Shown in pieces: positions 49,952 through 53,258 of a stretch of 53,258 nt of DNA. The stretch lies in NCBI RefSeq assembly GCF_001194135.2, contig NC_068985.1, forward strand, positions 24,765,416-24,818,673. Reading direction: 5' to 3'. How positions within the stretch are numbered: the stretch's first letter is position 1; each line of letters starts with the position of its first letter. The DNA comes from Octopus bimaculoides (taxonomy: Eukaryota). The position numbers were made by a program, and so were the translations under genes. The notes under the pieces are model-generated. The model was not told the origin of the DNA, ran no database searches, and worked only from the letters and a program-made list of their open reading frames with translations.

Positions 49952-50144
49952 GAACAACAACGGATGTGCAACACCCATGTGAATTGAACCTCCACAGAGT
50001 TATTCCAGTTGAAGTATCAACGATATTACCTGAAGGGAGAACTCACTATGAAGACTGTGATAAGAGAGTCCTATATCATGTTGAGCCATACATAGGAACA
50101 ACCCTAAAAATTTCCATATCTGAGGCAGCCTACTCCTTACTCAG
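49952..50144 (+). CDS. Candidate coding exon, unknown protein
   Basis: Acceptor gattttactaacag, donor cag/gttatg; 63 open codons TTTDVQHPCELNLHRVIPVEVSTILPEGRTHYEDCDKRVLYHVEPYIGTTLKISISEAAYSLL; not repeat-derived as far as visible. Confidence 0.45.
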
Positions 50145-50411
50145 GTTATGCTGACATAAGAAACTGAACTCAAATACTGTGTTTGAACAAAACTTTCTCA
50201 GCAATTCTAAAATGTTACTGCTGACTGCAGTGAATCATTGTTGTATATCCTTATGTCAGCTCTCTGATCAAACAGACCTTACGATCAAAAGCATTACAGC
50301 TATGACCCTCTTGTTTCTTTTAGCTGAATGGAAAATAGCTAATGTATCCTTTCACTAGAAAATTATTATTTCTAAATTTCACAATGTACGATATTCAGGA
50401 ACAGTACTTTG

Positions 50412-50665
50412 TAGTAAAGAATGTTTGCCAACATAACATGGCAGTCCTGGTTTAGGACTAATGTTGCTGTAATTTAGCCCCAGGAGAGATCGTCTCCAGC
50501 TGACTACATGACACAATCTGTGTCCTTATATTCCCTTGTTCGAAAATATAAGGACACAGATCGTGTCGTATAGCCAGCTGGAGACAATGCCTCCAGGGGC
50601 TAAATTACAGCAACATTAGTCCTAAACCAGGACTGCCATGCTATGTTGGCAAACAATCTTTACTA
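50412..50665. repeat. Near-perfect 254-bp palindrome (foldback MITE-like)
   Basis: Arms 50412-50532 and 50545-50665, 12-nt loop, TA at both outer ends. Confidence 0.95.
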
Positions 50666-51839
50666 TATATCCTTTCACTGTTTAAGACAGTAGAGTGTGA
50701 TTTGATCATATACAAGCAGCTTCAGCTTCCATAGTGAAATGTTCTATTTTAATCTCTAAGCAAGCTATTTTAAGGTTGTCTGGTTACAGTTTGGTTGACT
50801 TCAAAAAGTTACCACAATGTCTTGGCCATTGATACAAAGCAGAGAACAGATGTCAGGATAAGAGCTGCTAACCTTTTAGTTGAATGTCTGTTGCCCTATC
50901 AATTTGACCATCTGCTCCCTCTCAATGTGTTTTATTCTCCACTAATCTTGTTCTCACCAAAATAGTCTTAATGTTGTATTATTGCGTAGGATAAAAAAGA
51001 AGGTGAAGCAACAAAGGAAGTTCTAATTTGACCTTTCTTCAATTATCACTTGCAATACTAAACTTCTAATAATAATTCCAATGCTAATATACACTGAATA
51101 CAAATAAATTATTGGTGAACTAAGTCTGAAATATATGAATGTAATTTCCCATTGATTGTAGTTTACACAGAGTGAAGGAAAACAAAAGGCTGAATTAGAG
51201 ATGCAAGAATTGCTGGTATTGGTCATAGTGCAATAATGTGCCAGTTTCAGCACTCAATCATTAGAAAAGGGGAGGTAAATGAAAAGGCCAAACTCATTAT
51301 CATCAATTCAGTTATTGTGGCTATTTTTAGATAGTGACAAAAAAAGTACAATCCCAACACCAAGTGGCTCCATTATGCTCCACTGTCTACTTCGGCAAGT
51401 TTTCTGATTGGATCCAGTAAATAACATAAACTGAGTGCTTTTTTCTTTTGTTATTATGACACCAGCACTAGTGAGGTCACCATGCAGCTTACAAGACTGC
51501 AACCTTTTCAATGAAGTGTGTCAATAACAAGGTTGATCTACCTGGTAGCACAGACCATTCTTTCATGGATCGTTTCAGGTGCCTATGTAATAGTTATGAG
51601 CAGATAAAGACACTAATCACTATTGGGAAGGAGGGAAAGATATGTAGCAATAAAGTCTAATGCCAAAATTGGCTTTGAGATCTACACCAGTCCCCAAACT
51701 GTATATCACTGCAAGTGAGAGGATTAAAAAAAAAAGAAAGGACCAAATGTCCTCCTGAGCCATAGGCTCATAAGGTCAGATTCTGTGGTTAATAATTTCC
51801 CCCAGCTTCTGAACAGGATACCAGACCTTAGCAGAATTG

Positions 51840-51965
51840 CTAAGTGAGTGGACTGGAGCAATGTGAAATGAAGAAAGAACACAACACAATGCCCAGTCCA
51901 AAAATCAAAACCACAGTCTTACAATCAGGAGTCCAACATCCTAACCACTAAGCCACATACTTCCT
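51840..51965 (-). mobile_element. SINE D head fragment
   Basis: Homology to 30030-30154. Confidence 0.6.
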
Positions 51966-52469
51966 CACATGCATGTAATAACTATTGGACCACTGAACTC
52001 AACAAGTTTTCTTTTCATCCTCTTATACCTTTCTGTCGAAGAGCATAGGCTCAAAATATAAAAGACTTTTTCATTTTTCCCAAGCATCAAACTAATGCAC
52101 TTGCTTGTTGTTCCAACACCTGTCTTTGTTTTTTAATATATTCGAACTATATATATATATATAAATGAAGTATAAGGAAAGGAAAAAAAATTGTCGTTGT
52201 AGACAATTTGAATTCATTATCCAGGTTGGTACAGATCCAATATAAATTCAATTCTTTTCCTTATACTCCATTTATTGTTTCTGCAAATACTGAATATATA
52301 TTTTTTATATATATTTTTTGGTTGGACTATACCGGTGGACTTGGATGCTTGACATCTCTTTGAAGGATTTCGGTCCTCACTTCTTTTATATGTGTGTGTG
52401 TGTGTGTGTGTATACATATATATGTATACATATGGACAGACAGGCAGATAGATAGATTTTCATCATCAT

Positions 52470-52640
52470 CAGCACAGCCTTGAAGAATTTTTTGTAGAAT
52501 GACTCAACTGCAGTAGTTATTATTTGTTAAGCCTGGTTCTTATTCTATCGGTCTTTTTCTGAAAAACTGCTAAGTTATGGGGACATAAACACACCAACAC
52601 CTGTTGTCAAGTAGTGCCACACAGGCACAAAGACACACAC
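52470..52640 (-). mobile_element. SINE A 3' half
   Basis: Homology. Confidence 0.65.
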
Positions 52641-53258
52641 ACACACATATATATGTGTATGTATGTGTGTGTATATATCTTAATATATAACTCTGAAGTT
52701 GTGTGTCTGTGTGAAGCCTTTTTGAATGTTTATAGAAATCCACATTTTCCACTTTTTGGTAAAAATTTTTACATCAATGGAATTTTCTTGATGTGAACTT
52801 TCCAGTGCAGTAATTAGATTTTTAAAATTCCGTTTACTTTGTGTGATTTAAGGGAGATTTGGCTGTTGTTTCTAGCAACTTTTATATTTCATCCCTTCTA
52901 CCTGGAACACCATTCTTACACACGCGCTCAACATAAAAATATAGAGAGTAAGAATTGGAGAGGGAGAGAGAGAGACAGTGCTACATACAACATCAGATTA
53001 AACTTTCATCTCAGTGTTCTTTACCTATTTTTCATAACATAGATACATAAAAACACACACAACCACGCATACATGACCTGTGACAACAACATACACATTG
53101 CTCTCAATCTCTATTTATTTCTCCCCCTCTTCCTCTCTTGCTCTCTCAAACGTATACACGTGCAAGTAAACACAATCATTCACATCGTGGTATATTTACA
53201 AAACATTGATGGCATAACTACAGAGTTGTATCCCCCAACTTTGGAAGGTCATAACTTT

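Overview
AT-rich, repeat-dense eukaryotic DNA with several assembly gaps. The repeat landscape matches my recollection of octopus genomes (tRNA-SINEs, RTE tails ending in (GAT)n, abundant (TAA)n); this is inference, not a database result. No intact gene is recognisable. Most ORF-track entries come from microsatellites, SINEs or N-runs, and only a few low-confidence candidate exons remain. Supported content: several SINE families (my labels A, C, D, E), 5'-truncated RTE LINEs, an APE-endonuclease LINE remnant, a probable R4/Dong-type LINE end, three mariner derivatives, TTAA-flanked piggyBac-like MITEs, a hAT-like MITE and several foldbacks. Most interesting: (1) a tRNA-headed element (family F) ending in a Penelope-type minimal hammerhead motif, with both copies showing inverted ends; (2) further hammerhead-like motifs, two with inverted termini; (3) a repeat of about 600 bp whose minus strand resembles, by hand alignment, consecutive degenerate U4/U1/U6/U2 snRNA segments; (4) several long inverted repeats that could form dsRNA. 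All alignments and folds were done by eye and need computational confirmation.
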